Shown piece after piece: positions 31,866-41,461 of a DNA stretch of 64,000 nucleotides. Each line of letters begins with the position of its first letter. The stretch's first letter is position 1. The stretch is from Spirochaetota bacterium (lineage in GTDB: Bacteria > Spirochaetota > UBA4802 > UBA5550), in NCBI GenBank assembly GCA_024276015.1, contig JAJRXZ010000020.1:8245-72244 (forward strand), given 5' to 3'. The position numbers and the translations under genes were made by a program. The notes beneath the pieces are model-generated. The model ran no database searches and was not told where the DNA came from. It saw nothing but the letters and a program-made list of their open reading frames with translations.

Positions 31866-32750
31866 ATGGTTAGTTTTATAAAAAGACTGGTATTGATTAC
31901 ACTGTGTCTTAATATCATAGTTTTGGTGAGTATTCCCAAAAATGCTGAATCTAAGATTGTAACCAATGTGCCGTCTGATATGAGTGGAGAAGAACTGAAG
32001 GCGCTCGTAATAGAAGATTTTGAAAAAGCAACAGTTGGAGGGGACGGGTGGATCATTAAATCAACTCCAAGACAATTTAAAAAGGCCGAGACTTCAAAAA
32101 AGTTAAAAATGAAAAATCCGGTTCCTGCCCTTGAATTAAAGCTTGTAAAGGGGAAACCCAATGCCATGGTTGTTGAGGAATGGTCATTAACGGGTCAGGG
32201 AAAAGTTAAAGAGAAGTGTCTTGGCGTTCATTTTAAATTCAGATATCCGGGATTCAATTCCGTCCATATTTTGCCTCCGAAAGAGCTGGACTGGAGAGAG
32301 AAAAAACCGGCTTATACATATCAGCCCAGCACTAATAAAAGTATTCAGGAAAGAGGCATACAATTGCCGGGCAGAGCAAGAGGCATCTCTCTGTGGGTGC
32401 ATGCAAGAGGAAGACCCTATACGCTGGAAGTATGGATAAAAGACTACAAAGGCAATACCCATGTCTTGCCCTTCGGTTCTATCAATTTTGTGGGCTGGAG
32501 GCCCATGAAAGTATATATACCGACAACGATACCTCAAAAAGCAACATCCTATCCGGTGACAAGGATCACAAAAATAACCAGATTTGTGATCAGGGCAATG
32601 CCGGATGCAGTTCCGGGAGATACTTACGTGTTTTTTGATCAGTTAAAAGTTTTAACAGATACATACGAAGTTAACTTTGATGGTTCCGATCTCCATAAGG
32701 CTTTTGAGAAAGGATCGTCAAGCAGCAGCGGTAAAAAAGGGACAAGATAA
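31866..32750 (+). CDS. FlaA-like protein, paralog 2
   Basis: 294 aa with a signal peptide. ISLWVHARGRPYTLEVWIKDYKGNTHVLPFGSINFVGWRPMKVYIP...YVFFDQLKV aligns block by block to paralog 1. Confidence 0.5.
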   Translation: MVSFIKRLVLITLCLNIIVLVSIPKNAESKIVTNVPSDMSGEELKALVIEDFEKATVGGDGWIIKSTPRQFKKAETSKKLKMKNPVPALELKLVKGKPNAMVVEEWSLTGQGKVKEKCLGVHFKFRYPGFNSVHILPPKELDWREKKPAYTYQPSTNKSIQERGIQLPGRARGISLWVHARGRPYTLEVWIKDYKGNTHVLPFGSINFVGWRPMKVYIPTTIPQKATSYPVTRITKITRFVIRAMPDAVPGDTYVFFDQLKVLTDTYEVNFDGSDLHKAFEKGSSSSSGKKGTR

Positions 32751-32875
32751 TAGATATATTCATAATTATATAAAAATATTTCTTAATTTTTAAATATTAT
32801 GAAAAGAATACCCATCATTATCAACGGATGGGTATTTTCTGTTATTAAAATATCATATTTTTTCAGGATATATTT

Positions 32876-35578
32876 ATGACTGACGCAAAAGTAATGGATA
32901 AACTTAATTCGCTTTTTAAAGAAGAACAGTGGGGGAGAATTGAACCGAAGGATATTGGTACCTCGAAATTTAAGATTCTCGATGATCTTTTTAATTCAAT
33001 TGTTTCAGAAGATCTCATCAGCGAAACTTATGATATATGCAAAAAGCATATTGAAGAAAACAGAGATTCAATAACTGCAATGTATTTAATGGGGTTGATC
33101 GGTTACCACAGGGACAATATTGAAGATTCCATTATGCTGAGAAAACTTATTGATATTTTTATTGATAATCATAAATGGGCTGTTGTTGAAATAATTTCAG
33201 AGAAGATCCTTGAATATGGCGAGAGCAGTATTGCCCTGAGAGCGCTGGCTATGAGCCTTGAGAGACTGGGAAGAAGTAAAGACGCAATCCCTGTTCTTGA
33301 GAATCTTCTTAAGATAGACAGGTTTGATGCGGAAGTATCGAAGAAACTTTCTCTTGCGATCATTGACGAAAACCCGGAAAAAAGTATTCAATATATGAAA
33401 CTTTCAATTGAAGGTTTTATCAAAAACAATGAGTTTGACGAAGTAATAAATCTCTGGAATAAACTTGTTTCCGTATCGTGGGAAGATACTTCTTTTTTTG
33501 ACAGAGTTGAAAGAATGCTTGTTGATGCGAGACATACCGAATTGGTATCCACTCTGTTGAAAACGCTGCTGAATAAATACAAAGAAGAAGAGAATGTGGA
33601 TTACTCCATTGAACTGCTGAAAAAGATCTTAACATACAGACCTGCCGATTCTCATGCAAGAAGGGAACTCATTAAACTATATACTATAAAATACGGCAGT
33701 CATTCTCAATTTAAACAATTCTTAAAATTGTCGAAACTTGAGGATTTCCGTTCTCATGTTAAATATGCCATTATGGATTTTGAGAAAAACATTGTCTTTG
33801 ATAAGGGAAATTATGTTTTTCATAAGTCCTGGAAACTTGGAAAGATCGTTGATATTGAGAGTGAATTCTTAACGATTGATTTTATCGACAAAACCGGCCA
33901 TAAAATGTCCATCGGAATGGCTCTGCAGTCATTAACGCCCATAAATAAAGAACATCTCTATGTGATTGAATTTGAAGATACGGAAATGATAAAAACTCTT
34001 TTTGAAGATGATTTTATGCAGTTTTTTCAGATCCTTGTGAAGTCTTACGGAGGCCAAATTACCTTATCGGATATTAAACACGAACTTATTCCCAAGTTTG
34101 TGAAAGAAAAGGATTGGGCAAAGTGGTGGAGTAAGGCAAGAACAAAGATCAAAAAGGATCCTCTTTTCGGCGTCTCGGATAAGAGAAAAGACCTGATCTA
34201 TATGAGGGATAAACCTCTGACTTTTGCCGATGAGCTTCTCGGAAATTTTATTAAAACCGAATCGTTCAGTGAGAAGCTTGATATTGCAATTGAGTTTATC
34301 AATAATATTACTAAAAGCGAAGGGGCAAAAGTTGTCCAGTATTTTATCGATTATTTTCTGGATGAAGTGAAGGGCAAGTCCGAAACAAGGCAGGTTTTGT
34401 CATACTTTATATTAAAAGATCTTGCCGAATTTACCGATACGTCAAAGTTAAACCTTGATTCAATCAGGTCTAAAGTTCTTCATTTTATCAAAGGAAGCAA
34501 TGAACTCAATTTAATTTCAATTAAAATAAGTTCTTATGATTATAAAAAGCAGTTCGTTAATCTGATCATGGAATCCCGCGATGACTGGACTGAAGTGGTT
34601 TCACAGATACTCTTTGAGATCCCGGTGAGGATACATAAGTTCATAATCAATGTTCTCATCAGAGCGCACGCCTATGGAATAATTAACAGGTTTATTGACA
34701 ATGTTACAACCGGTTCAAGGCAGTATCCTGAGGTCTTTATATGGGCAGCAAAGAACATTCTTAATAAAACATGGGATTATGACTGGCTTGACTATTCAAA
34801 ATCCGCTTTGATCATTGCCTATTTCAGACTGATGAATGAACTGAAAAAGATCGAAACGGACAGCAACAGGCTCAAGAATATGACAATTGATATTCTTTTC
34901 TCCAATGACGAATTTGCTCTGAGGGAAATTGTCAGGGAATTTGACAGTAACTTTCTCAGTAAAATATACGATCTTGTCAGTAATGTCTCTTACATTGAAG
35001 AGGGGCAGGTCGATAAAGTGCTGGAAATTATCAAAGAGAAGTATCCCGGGTTTAAAGTTGGCCAGACCGGCTCCTCGGAAGAGGCGGAGTCGGATTTTGA
35101 GAAGCTCATTGTTACTCAAAAGGGATATGACAGGAAGAAAGCCGAACTGGAGAGACTTGTTAATGTTGAGATGATCGATCTGTCAAAGGAACTGGCAAAG
35201 GTTTCCGAAGTCTCGGGCGATCTGAGGGAAAATGTTGAATATACTGCACTGATGGAAAAGCAGGCTATATTAAAAATGGCAATTTCAAGGCTGGATAATG
35301 ATATCAAAAAAGCGGATATCCTCAATGTTGAGAAAATATCAACCGAATGCGTTAATATTGGCACCAAAGTTAAATTTAAGGATTTAAAAACCGGAGAAGT
35401 GAATAGTTATTCAATACTTGGGCCCTGGGATGCGGATTTTGAATTGAAAATATTGTCGTACCGCTCTCCCATTGCCAAGGCGTTACTTGGCAGTAAGGTA
35501 AATGACGAAGTGGAAATCAGGATCAATGATGAGAATAAGCGTTACAAAATTATTTCTATTGAAAAATGCAGTCTTTAA
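32876..35578 (+). CDS. greA: Transcript-cleavage factor GreA-family protein with a ~750-aa N-terminal extension
   Basis: 900 aa. The last ~150 aa match GreA: a coiled-coil (GYDRKKAELERL...SGDLRENVEYTALMEKQAILKMAISRLDNDIKKADIL) and an FKBP-like C-domain (IGTKVKFKDLKTGEVNSYSILGPWDADFELKILSYRSPIAKALLGSKVNDEVEI). The N-terminal 750 aa are helical-repeat-like and of unknown function. Confidence 0.8.
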   Translation: MTDAKVMDKLNSLFKEEQWGRIEPKDIGTSKFKILDDLFNSIVSEDLISETYDICKKHIEENRDSITAMYLMGLIGYHRDNIEDSIMLRKLIDIFIDNHKWAVVEIISEKILEYGESSIALRALAMSLERLGRSKDAIPVLENLLKIDRFDAEVSKKLSLAIIDENPEKSIQYMKLSIEGFIKNNEFDEVINLWNKLVSVSWEDTSFFDRVERMLVDARHTELVSTLLKTLLNKYKEEENVDYSIELLKKILTYRPADSHARRELIKLYTIKYGSHSQFKQFLKLSKLEDFRSHVKYAIMDFEKNIVFDKGNYVFHKSWKLGKIVDIESEFLTIDFIDKTGHKMSIGMALQSLTPINKEHLYVIEFEDTEMIKTLFEDDFMQFFQILVKSYGGQITLSDIKHELIPKFVKEKDWAKWWSKARTKIKKDPLFGVSDKRKDLIYMRDKPLTFADELLGNFIKTESFSEKLDIAIEFINNITKSEGAKVVQYFIDYFLDEVKGKSETRQVLSYFILKDLAEFTDTSKLNLDSIRSKVLHFIKGSNELNLISIKISSYDYKKQFVNLIMESRDDWTEVVSQILFEIPVRIHKFIINVLIRAHAYGIINRFIDNVTTGSRQYPEVFIWAAKNILNKTWDYDWLDYSKSALIIAYFRLMNELKKIETDSNRLKNMTIDILFSNDEFALREIVREFDSNFLSKIYDLVSNVSYIEEGQVDKVLEIIKEKYPGFKVGQTGSSEEAESDFEKLIVTQKGYDRKKAELERLVNVEMIDLSKELAKVSEVSGDLRENVEYTALMEKQAILKMAISRLDNDIKKADILNVEKISTECVNIGTKVKFKDLKTGEVNSYSILGPWDADFELKILSYRSPIAKALLGSKVNDEVEIRINDENKRYKIISIEKCSL

Positions 35579-35670
35579 AATAAGAATTAAGCTTTATTCC
35601 AAGAAATATTATTTAATTATACTACTTTTATTTGACAAAATATGATAGCTTAAATTAATTAAAAACAGAT

Positions 35671-35754
35671 GCCGCGATGGCGGAATTGGTAGACGCGCTA
35701 GGTTCAGGGTCTAGTGAGCAATAGCTTGTGAGGGTTCGACTCCCTCTCGCGGCA
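35671..35754 (+). tRNA. tRNA-Leu (anticodon CAG)
   Basis: I folded it by hand. Acceptor stem GCCGCGA/TCGCGGC, D-arm GCGG..CGC, anticodon stem CTAGG/TCTAG with loop TTCAGGG (anticodon CAG), a long variable arm, T-arm GAGGG-TTCGACT-CCCTC, and discriminator A. CCA is not encoded. Confidence 0.85.
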
Positions 35755-36053
35755 TATTCATTGACACCTTCATTTTCAGGGCTTTCATGCCTCTGATATT
35801 TATTTAAGATGAACTGCCTGTATATTTATGCGGATCTTCGATTTTAATTAAAGAAGTGAAGCCTAAAATGCATTGAAGAATATTGAGAAGAGTTCCGAAA
35901 TATTATAGTATACCGATCATCATTGAAAATTTCTATATCAATGAATCGGTATATGATCTGATCAGGGTTTTGTCCTTTTTAAAGGGACAAAATCGATGCT
36001 TTTTGATATAACTAATATTATGCTTATATTTTTTTATGTAAACAGGGGCGGAT

Positions 36054-36506
36054 ATGGATAATAAATTTCAATATTCGGATATAAAAAAAACTAAGGAGGA
36101 GATCTTATTTGCCATTAAAGAAAGAGTAAATGAGATCACTTCCGGTGATATTCAAAATCCCTTATATCTTAAAGGCGCTGCGGTTTGTGATACTGCAAAA
36201 TCGGTTTCCGGCAGTGTTAAGTATTTCGATATTCAGTGCATTTTTTATGACGAAAGAGGCAGGCTTTGCGGTGATCTGCTGGGTATTGAAAACAAGAGAG
36301 AGAAGAATATTATATTCGGCAGGCTGATTGAAGAGTTTGATATAGAGGCATTGAGGACTATTTTAAACTGTCTCTACGTCAGAAACCGGTTCTATAATAA
36401 AAGCGGCAATGTGGAAATTCAAGGTAATATTAAAAATAGGATTTTGTCTAAAAGGTTTTCACTTAAAAGCTTATTTGCCGGTCAGATCAGATCTTCAAGT
36501 TTATAG
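36054..36506 (+). CDS. Hypothetical protein
   Basis: 150-aa ORF immediately downstream of tRNA-Leu. No recognisable domain. Confidence 0.4.
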   Translation: MDNKFQYSDIKKTKEEILFAIKERVNEITSGDIQNPLYLKGAAVCDTAKSVSGSVKYFDIQCIFYDERGRLCGDLLGIENKREKNIIFGRLIEEFDIEALRTILNCLYVRNRFYNKSGNVEIQGNIKNRILSKRFSLKSLFAGQIRSSSL

Positions 36507-36511
36507 AGATC

Positions 36512-36874
36512 ATGATTGAAAAAGATAAATATGATGAGATGATGGTTCAGATTGAGAATCGTATTTTTGATGTGCAGATATTGTTGTGCCGTTTTATCAC
36601 CGCAATTATGGAAGAGTTAAATGTAACAGAGTATGAGCTGGATGGTTCTTTTCCATTCATAAGAGATGACGGATCTTTGGTAATATGTACAGAGAAAATT
36701 ATCTACGACAATGAAACCGAAGATCTGATGATTATCTCTAAGAACTATCAGAAAAAAATAAATTGGACTGAACTTGATATTTCAATACTGCATCAAATTG
36801 CAAATGAAATTCATATGAAATACGTTTCAGACAGAATATTAAAGGAATTATCATCAAAGGAAGAAGTGCATTGA
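36512..36874 (+). CDS. Hypothetical protein
   Basis: 120-aa ORF, 5 bp after the previous gene and probably co-transcribed. No recognisable domain. Confidence 0.4.
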   Translation: MIEKDKYDEMMVQIENRIFDVQILLCRFITAIMEELNVTEYELDGSFPFIRDDGSLVICTEKIIYDNETEDLMIISKNYQKKINWTELDISILHQIANEIHMKYVSDRILKELSSKEEVH

Positions 36875-36901
36875 TGGTAATCCCTTTAACAGAATGCTGT
36901 T

Positions 36902-37450
36902 CTATTTGTTTACTTCCTGTGAAACAATATTAAGAACTTCCGTAATTATTGCTCTGCTTTGAGATTTGCTGTTTACTTTCTTTATAAATTTTACTTTTTT
37001 GTCCTTTCCTATTACAATAACAACGCTGTAATCATTGCAATTGCCGAGGTTCCACTTTTTGGCCACTGTTTTATCGGTATCTGTCAGTATAGTTGAATTG
37101 TATTTTTTTATCTTTCTTCTGATAATAAAACGGATAGCTGCATTGGGTTTCCATGTGTCTGCGCAGTTGGCAATGCCCATGCCCTGATATTTGGATTTAT
37201 CGTAGTTCATTGCTTTTAACGAATCGGCAAGAGGATCGTTTACATCCGAAGCATCAGGATCTGCATAGAATATTGTTAATACCTTCTTGCCTACATTGGG
37301 AATCCAGGCCGGATTATTATTGGCATCCTTTATTTTTAATGATGATACGCTGCTGCCCACAGTCAGAGCAAGGGCATCCCCATTCAATCCTGCCAGCAAA
37401 AATCCTAAAGAGACAGCTGCAATTAAAAGAAGTTTTAAATATTTATTCAT
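36902..37450 (-). CDS. Secreted hypothetical protein
   Basis: 182 aa. Signal peptide MNKYLKLLLIAAVSLGFLLAG. Mature part of unknown family. Confidence 0.5.
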   Translation of the reverse strand: MNKYLKLLLIAAVSLGFLLAGLNGDALALTVGSSVSSLKIKDANNNPAWIPNVGKKVLTIFYADPDASDVNDPLADSLKAMNYDKSKYQGMGIANCADTWKPNAAIRFIIRRKIKKYNSTILTDTDKTVAKKWNLGNCNDYSVVIVIGKDKKVKFIKKVNSKSQSRAIITEVLNIVSQEVNK

Positions 37451-37522
37451 TGAGTATTCCTCCGGTGAATGTATATGAAATTTTAATTATTAATATGAAA
37501 TCGATTTTGTCAAGGTTTAATT

Positions 37523-37558
37523 ATATATAAAATCGGGATCGATCCCGATTTTATATAT
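37523..37558. terminator. Perfect 36-bp palindrome, probable bidirectional terminator
   Basis: atatataaaatcgggatc|gatcccgattttatatat is an exact reverse-complement pair centred between 37540 and 37541. It contains two GATC sites, starts 1 nt after the stop of the 603-aa gene, and is flanked by A/T tracts. Confidence 0.6.
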
Positions 37559-37559
37559 C

Positions 37560-39371
37560 TTATCTATTCTTGTACTTGCTGCTGAACATCCTGGTTATCG
37601 GGTGATCATGAGGCATATTTTCCGGTAAAGGATTATCTGTTCTTCGGATTTTGTTTCCCTGGATAGGAAGCACCTCAAGTATGTCAGAATAGGATATCCA
37701 CTGCGGTAAGTCCAGTTTCTTGCCTTCAGGGTGATTCCACGTCTTGTACCAGAATATTTCGTTAACAGATTTTCTCTGTTCCATGGCCTGTATTTCGGCG
37801 ATCATTGCGTCCTGGATGCTTTTAGCAGAAATTGCAATTACCGAGATCATCTTGTTTTCTCCCGGTAATTGCGGCGCCAGAATATCCCAGAATCCGTATC
37901 CCCAGCCCTTTTCAAGCTGCTCGCTGCTGTCCATTAATTCAGCAGAGTGAATCGGGCCTGTCAGGCAGAATGCTCCGTATTTCAGATCCTCATCTTTCGG
38001 GATTTCCGTAGTCCCGTCGAGATGTATGGAATTTAAGCCTGCCTGAATCGCTTCTCCTGCAGCATGTTCTGCCATATCAACAGGAATATCAGAATTTTTT
38101 AAACCGTTAAGATCAATATAGATGAAAACCATTTTATGGGCGTCTTCCTGAGGCTTTAATACTTTTTTGCCGAGTCCTGTAACCAGTTCTGCAAGGGTTT
38201 TATATGAATTGAAATCCGTATTTTTATCAATGGAACCGTCTTTTAAATTATTTTCGTATGCATCGATTATTTCCTTTGTGGCGTTTGTTATGCCTTCGTC
38301 AATTCTTTCTCTGATCCGTATCAGGATCTTTTTCCCCTGAGGAGTGTTCCCGTCAACTGTAATGGTTTTAATGATATCATTGAGACCGGCACTGTCTATG
38401 ACCGCATTAAATGATCTTTCATACCTGTTAATGACTTCCGGAGGAACCGATCGTGAAAAATCGACATTTCTTCTTTCGCTTTTTCTTTCAATTAATTTTG
38501 CAGCAGCCAGATCCATCATGCCTTTGTCAAATCGTTTTCTATGAGCAGGCTGTTTAAAACCTATCTGAATAATAGCGGAAATTCTTCCTCCTCGATCCAT
38601 ACCGGGAAGAATGACCATTTTTTTCAGGTTTTCATATCCTGCTCTGTTTTCGTTCCTGATCAGATCCGTTGAGAGTGAGTGCTTAATTACATTCACTCCT
38701 ATATGGCCGCCCAGGACTCCGCCGATCGCGCTTTTTATATTGCTCTCAAATGTGCCCATATCAATCTGCTCAAGACTGAGAAGGCTTGGAGGAATCGGCT
38801 TTCTTCTGAGTTTCAGCATGTCCACAAAAGCGCCTCTGTAACCTGTGTTTATCAATATAACTGTTGCAAAGGCATTCTCCACAAGCTTTTCATTTTTGAC
38901 CATTCTGTTAAAACTGCCGATGATTTCGAAAATATCTTTGTTAAATGTCCAGTCAAAGTACATACCCTGCCAGTGTTGTGAATATGTGGCATTGGCTGCC
39001 TTCAATCCGCAGCTTATTACCTGCGCAAGGCTGTATTTGCTGGGGATGTCGGTTATTTCAAAGGAAGTAAATTCCCGGCCGTTGTATTGCCCCGATCCCC
39101 ATATCTCTCTTATTGCTCTGTTTTCTTCTTCTGTGATATTCAGAGGGTATAATATAAAGGGGATTTGACAGTTCCCGGGATGCTTTTCAGGATACCACTG
39201 AGATCTGTGTATTCCTTCTGTCCCTTCGGGGGATACGATCCTTCCTTTCGGTTTTCCCAGAATTCCGGGATTATATTCTGATGACATTTGTGACCTCCAA
39301 TAGTATCTGAATGAGAATTTTTCGGATCGATTTCTGCAAAAGATCCGTTTTTTATACAGAATATGCAGCAA
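37560..39371 (-). CDS. Conserved-looking protein of unknown function (~575-600 aa)
   Basis: Long ORF with a globular, non-repetitive composition. Gly-rich segments IGGVLGGHIGVN and ILPGMDRGGRISA could be nucleotide- or phosphate-binding loops. I could not assign a family. The true start may be the internal MSSEYNPG at 39287. Confidence 0.5.
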   Translation of the reverse strand: MLHILYKKRIFCRNRSEKFSFRYYWRSQMSSEYNPGILGKPKGRIVSPEGTEGIHRSQWYPEKHPGNCQIPFILYPLNITEEENRAIREIWGSGQYNGREFTSFEITDIPSKYSLAQVISCGLKAANATYSQHWQGMYFDWTFNKDIFEIIGSFNRMVKNEKLVENAFATVILINTGYRGAFVDMLKLRRKPIPPSLLSLEQIDMGTFESNIKSAIGGVLGGHIGVNVIKHSLSTDLIRNENRAGYENLKKMVILPGMDRGGRISAIIQIGFKQPAHRKRFDKGMMDLAAAKLIERKSERRNVDFSRSVPPEVINRYERSFNAVIDSAGLNDIIKTITVDGNTPQGKKILIRIRERIDEGITNATKEIIDAYENNLKDGSIDKNTDFNSYKTLAELVTGLGKKVLKPQEDAHKMVFIYIDLNGLKNSDIPVDMAEHAAGEAIQAGLNSIHLDGTTEIPKDEDLKYGAFCLTGPIHSAELMDSSEQLEKGWGYGFWDILAPQLPGENKMISVIAISAKSIQDAMIAEIQAMEQRKSVNEIFWYKTWNHPEGKKLDLPQWISYSDILEVLPIQGNKIRRTDNPLPENMPHDHPITRMFSSKYKNR

Positions 39372-39496
39372 ATTATATTGAACAACTATTTATAATTTCA
39401 GATAATATTATAGTCAATGTTAATTTAAAATTTATTTAGAAAATTCCGTAAGATATCAATATAATTTTATTGAAATAATAGGATCATATTTTTACT

Positions 39497-40063
39497 ATGC
39501 TGTTAATGTTGAAATTGAATACTTATTATCCCTCGAGATCCGCCGGTTCTGTTCATTCTTTTTTCAAGTGTGTTTTTATGATAATTAATTATTTAAAAGA
39601 AATTGGGGCGGAAAAATGTTTTATCTTTTTATTGTTGATTGCATCCTGTTCCGGCAGGGTTGCCGGCGGTGATTTCGAGGCTTTTTTTAAGGATCTATGC
39701 AGCGCCCATACTTTGCAGTCCGCACTTCAGTATTATACGGAAGGCACGGAAGATGCGTTGAAAAGAGCTGTGAAAAAAGGTATTGTCCATAATAATAACA
39801 GATTGGCTTTGTTGCCCCGATTTAACGCTGAAACCGAAATAAAAATATTAAAAGAGGAAATATCCGGTTCGGATGCGAATGTGACGGTTAAATATATTAA
39901 CCATCCTGTTGAAAATATGATCGGTTTTAAAACGGTCTTCAGGTTCAAATGGGAAAATAACAGGTGGAAATTGGATATGGAAAGGGAAATTGATAGTTTG
40001 ATCAAAAGAAATAATAGCGGAGCTGGAAGCGAATATCTGAGAAAAAAATTTAAGGGATATTAA
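39497..40063 (+). CDS. Hypothetical lipoprotein
   Basis: Probable start at the internal Met of MIINYLKEIGAEKCFIFLLLIASCSG (lipobox-like ASC), around 39578. No known domain. Confidence 0.4.
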   Translation: MLLMLKLNTYYPSRSAGSVHSFFKCVFMIINYLKEIGAEKCFIFLLLIASCSGRVAGGDFEAFFKDLCSAHTLQSALQYYTEGTEDALKRAVKKGIVHNNNRLALLPRFNAETEIKILKEEISGSDANVTVKYINHPVENMIGFKTVFRFKWENNRWKLDMEREIDSLIKRNNSGAGSEYLRKKFKGY

Positions 40064-40617
40064 ATAAGAGAGATCCCGAGATTTAAAATAATATCGTACA
40101 TGAGTTCCATGTTCTCATTATTATCGGGGAAGAGTTCGATCAGCATATTGCATGTAATGAATGCCATATTAAGAGAGCCCATCTCCATGTAGAGGTTGAT
40201 CAGATTAAAGTATGTTTCTTCAATTTCCGGATCGATTTCAATCGATTTGTTATAGTAGTAAACTGCAAGCCCGTGATTTTTAAGCTCCCAGTAAATTCCG
40301 GCTAAATTTGCAAATGTAATTGCGTCATCGGGATTAAATCTGGCAGCTCTTTCCAGAATTTTTTTTGATTTATCGATCTGACCCAGTTCGAAAAGTGAAA
40401 TTCCAAGACCGTTCAGTATTTCCGCATTTTTATTGTTGTCTGTAAGTCCCATTGAGAAGAGTGTAAATGCTTTATAATATTCTCCTTTCTCAATATATTC
40501 ATAGCCCAAGTCAATGATCAGATTTTGATTGTTTCTGATTTTGATCAGTTCTTCATTATCAAAAAGGGTATCCAGGGGAATTGTTTTTGAAATATTTTTA
40601 TTAATATTGTTATTCAT
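40060..40617 (-). CDS. TPR-repeat protein
   Basis: 185 aa with three to four 34-residue TPR-like repeats (AEILNGLGISLFELGQIDKSKKILERAARFNPDD...). Confidence 0.6.
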   Translation of the reverse strand: MNNNINKNISKTIPLDTLFDNEELIKIRNNQNLIIDLGYEYIEKGEYYKAFTLFSMGLTDNNKNAEILNGLGISLFELGQIDKSKKILERAARFNPDDAITFANLAGIYWELKNHGLAVYYYNKSIEIDPEIEETYFNLINLYMEMGSLNMAFITCNMLIELFPDNNENMELMYDIILNLGISLI

Positions 40618-40732
40618 TTAGTTATTAAATTGGATTTTATATTTATGAACAATCCGCTATTGCTTATAACTAAATATAACTTATTAATTCGGATAATTAA
40701 TGTGTCAATGAAATTAAGAATTTTTTTTAAAA

Positions 40733-41461
40733 TTATTCAATCTTTAGTATTGAAGAGATATTCCCTGTAATATCCGATGCTGAATCTTTATTAAAGCGGT
40801 CGGGTTCCCATTTGCCGTCAACAATGAATTTATAGAGATATTGTCCCGGAGCGATACGTTTCCTTAATCTCCAGATACCGTCATTGCCTTTTAATAAGGG
40901 GTCATTTTCGGGGTTCCAGTTATTAAAATCGCCCACAAGAGAGATAAATTTTGCCTTTGGCCTGAAAATTCTGAATTCAACAATATTTTTGTTAATTATT
41001 TTGTAAGATACTAATCTGCTTTCTTTTCGTGTAAAGTTATTGGAAAGAGAGATATATGAACCGGCTCCATCATCCCTTCTGAGGGGATTTACAGTGTCCA
41101 TGATCCAGATGGAATCGACATTGAATTTGTATTTTATTATACTGCTTTTAAATATATCATCAAGGAAATAGTACCACACTCCATTGTCATTTCTGGTCAT
41201 TTTTCTCATTCTCCAGTTAGAAAAATTTCCGGCAATGAAGACAGAAGCAGCCTTTCTGTTTTTGTAGGTAAATAATATACCCTTTGATATTATCGGTTTA
41301 TGAGTTGTAAGATTGCCTGTGTTTACTAATTTAATAATTTCAGGCGGCCCCGAGTTTTTTAAATATCTCAGGTTATAATAATATTCGGTTCTGATATTTT
41401 TCTCCGGCTGCGAAAACCCCATAAACAGCATTGAAAGGGAAATTATTGCCGCTTTTTTCAT
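40733..41461 (-). CDS. Secreted protein with two CBM48/AMPK-beta-like (glycogen-binding, E-set) modules
   Basis: 242 aa. Signal peptide. Two repeats of the VFIAGNFSNWRMRKM...NGVWYYFL and ISLVGDFNNWNPENDPLL...GIWRLRKRIAPGQYLYKFIVDGKWEPD type. Confidence 0.5.
   Translation of the reverse strand: MKKAAIISLSMLFMGFSQPEKNIRTEYYYNLRYLKNSGPPEIIKLVNTGNLTTHKPIISKGILFTYKNRKAASVFIAGNFSNWRMRKMTRNDNGVWYYFLDDIFKSSIIKYKFNVDSIWIMDTVNPLRRDDGAGSYISLSNNFTRKESRLVSYKIINKNIVEFRIFRPKAKFISLVGDFNNWNPENDPLLKGNDGIWRLRKRIAPGQYLYKFIVDGKWEPDRFNKDSASDITGNISSILKIE

Noticed and set aside
35579-36053. Integrase or att repeat at the tRNA-Leu locus
   Set aside because: No recombinase ORF lies within 2 kb. By eye I found no duplicate of the tRNA 3' end downstream. 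The island call is not supportable beyond a weak suggestion.
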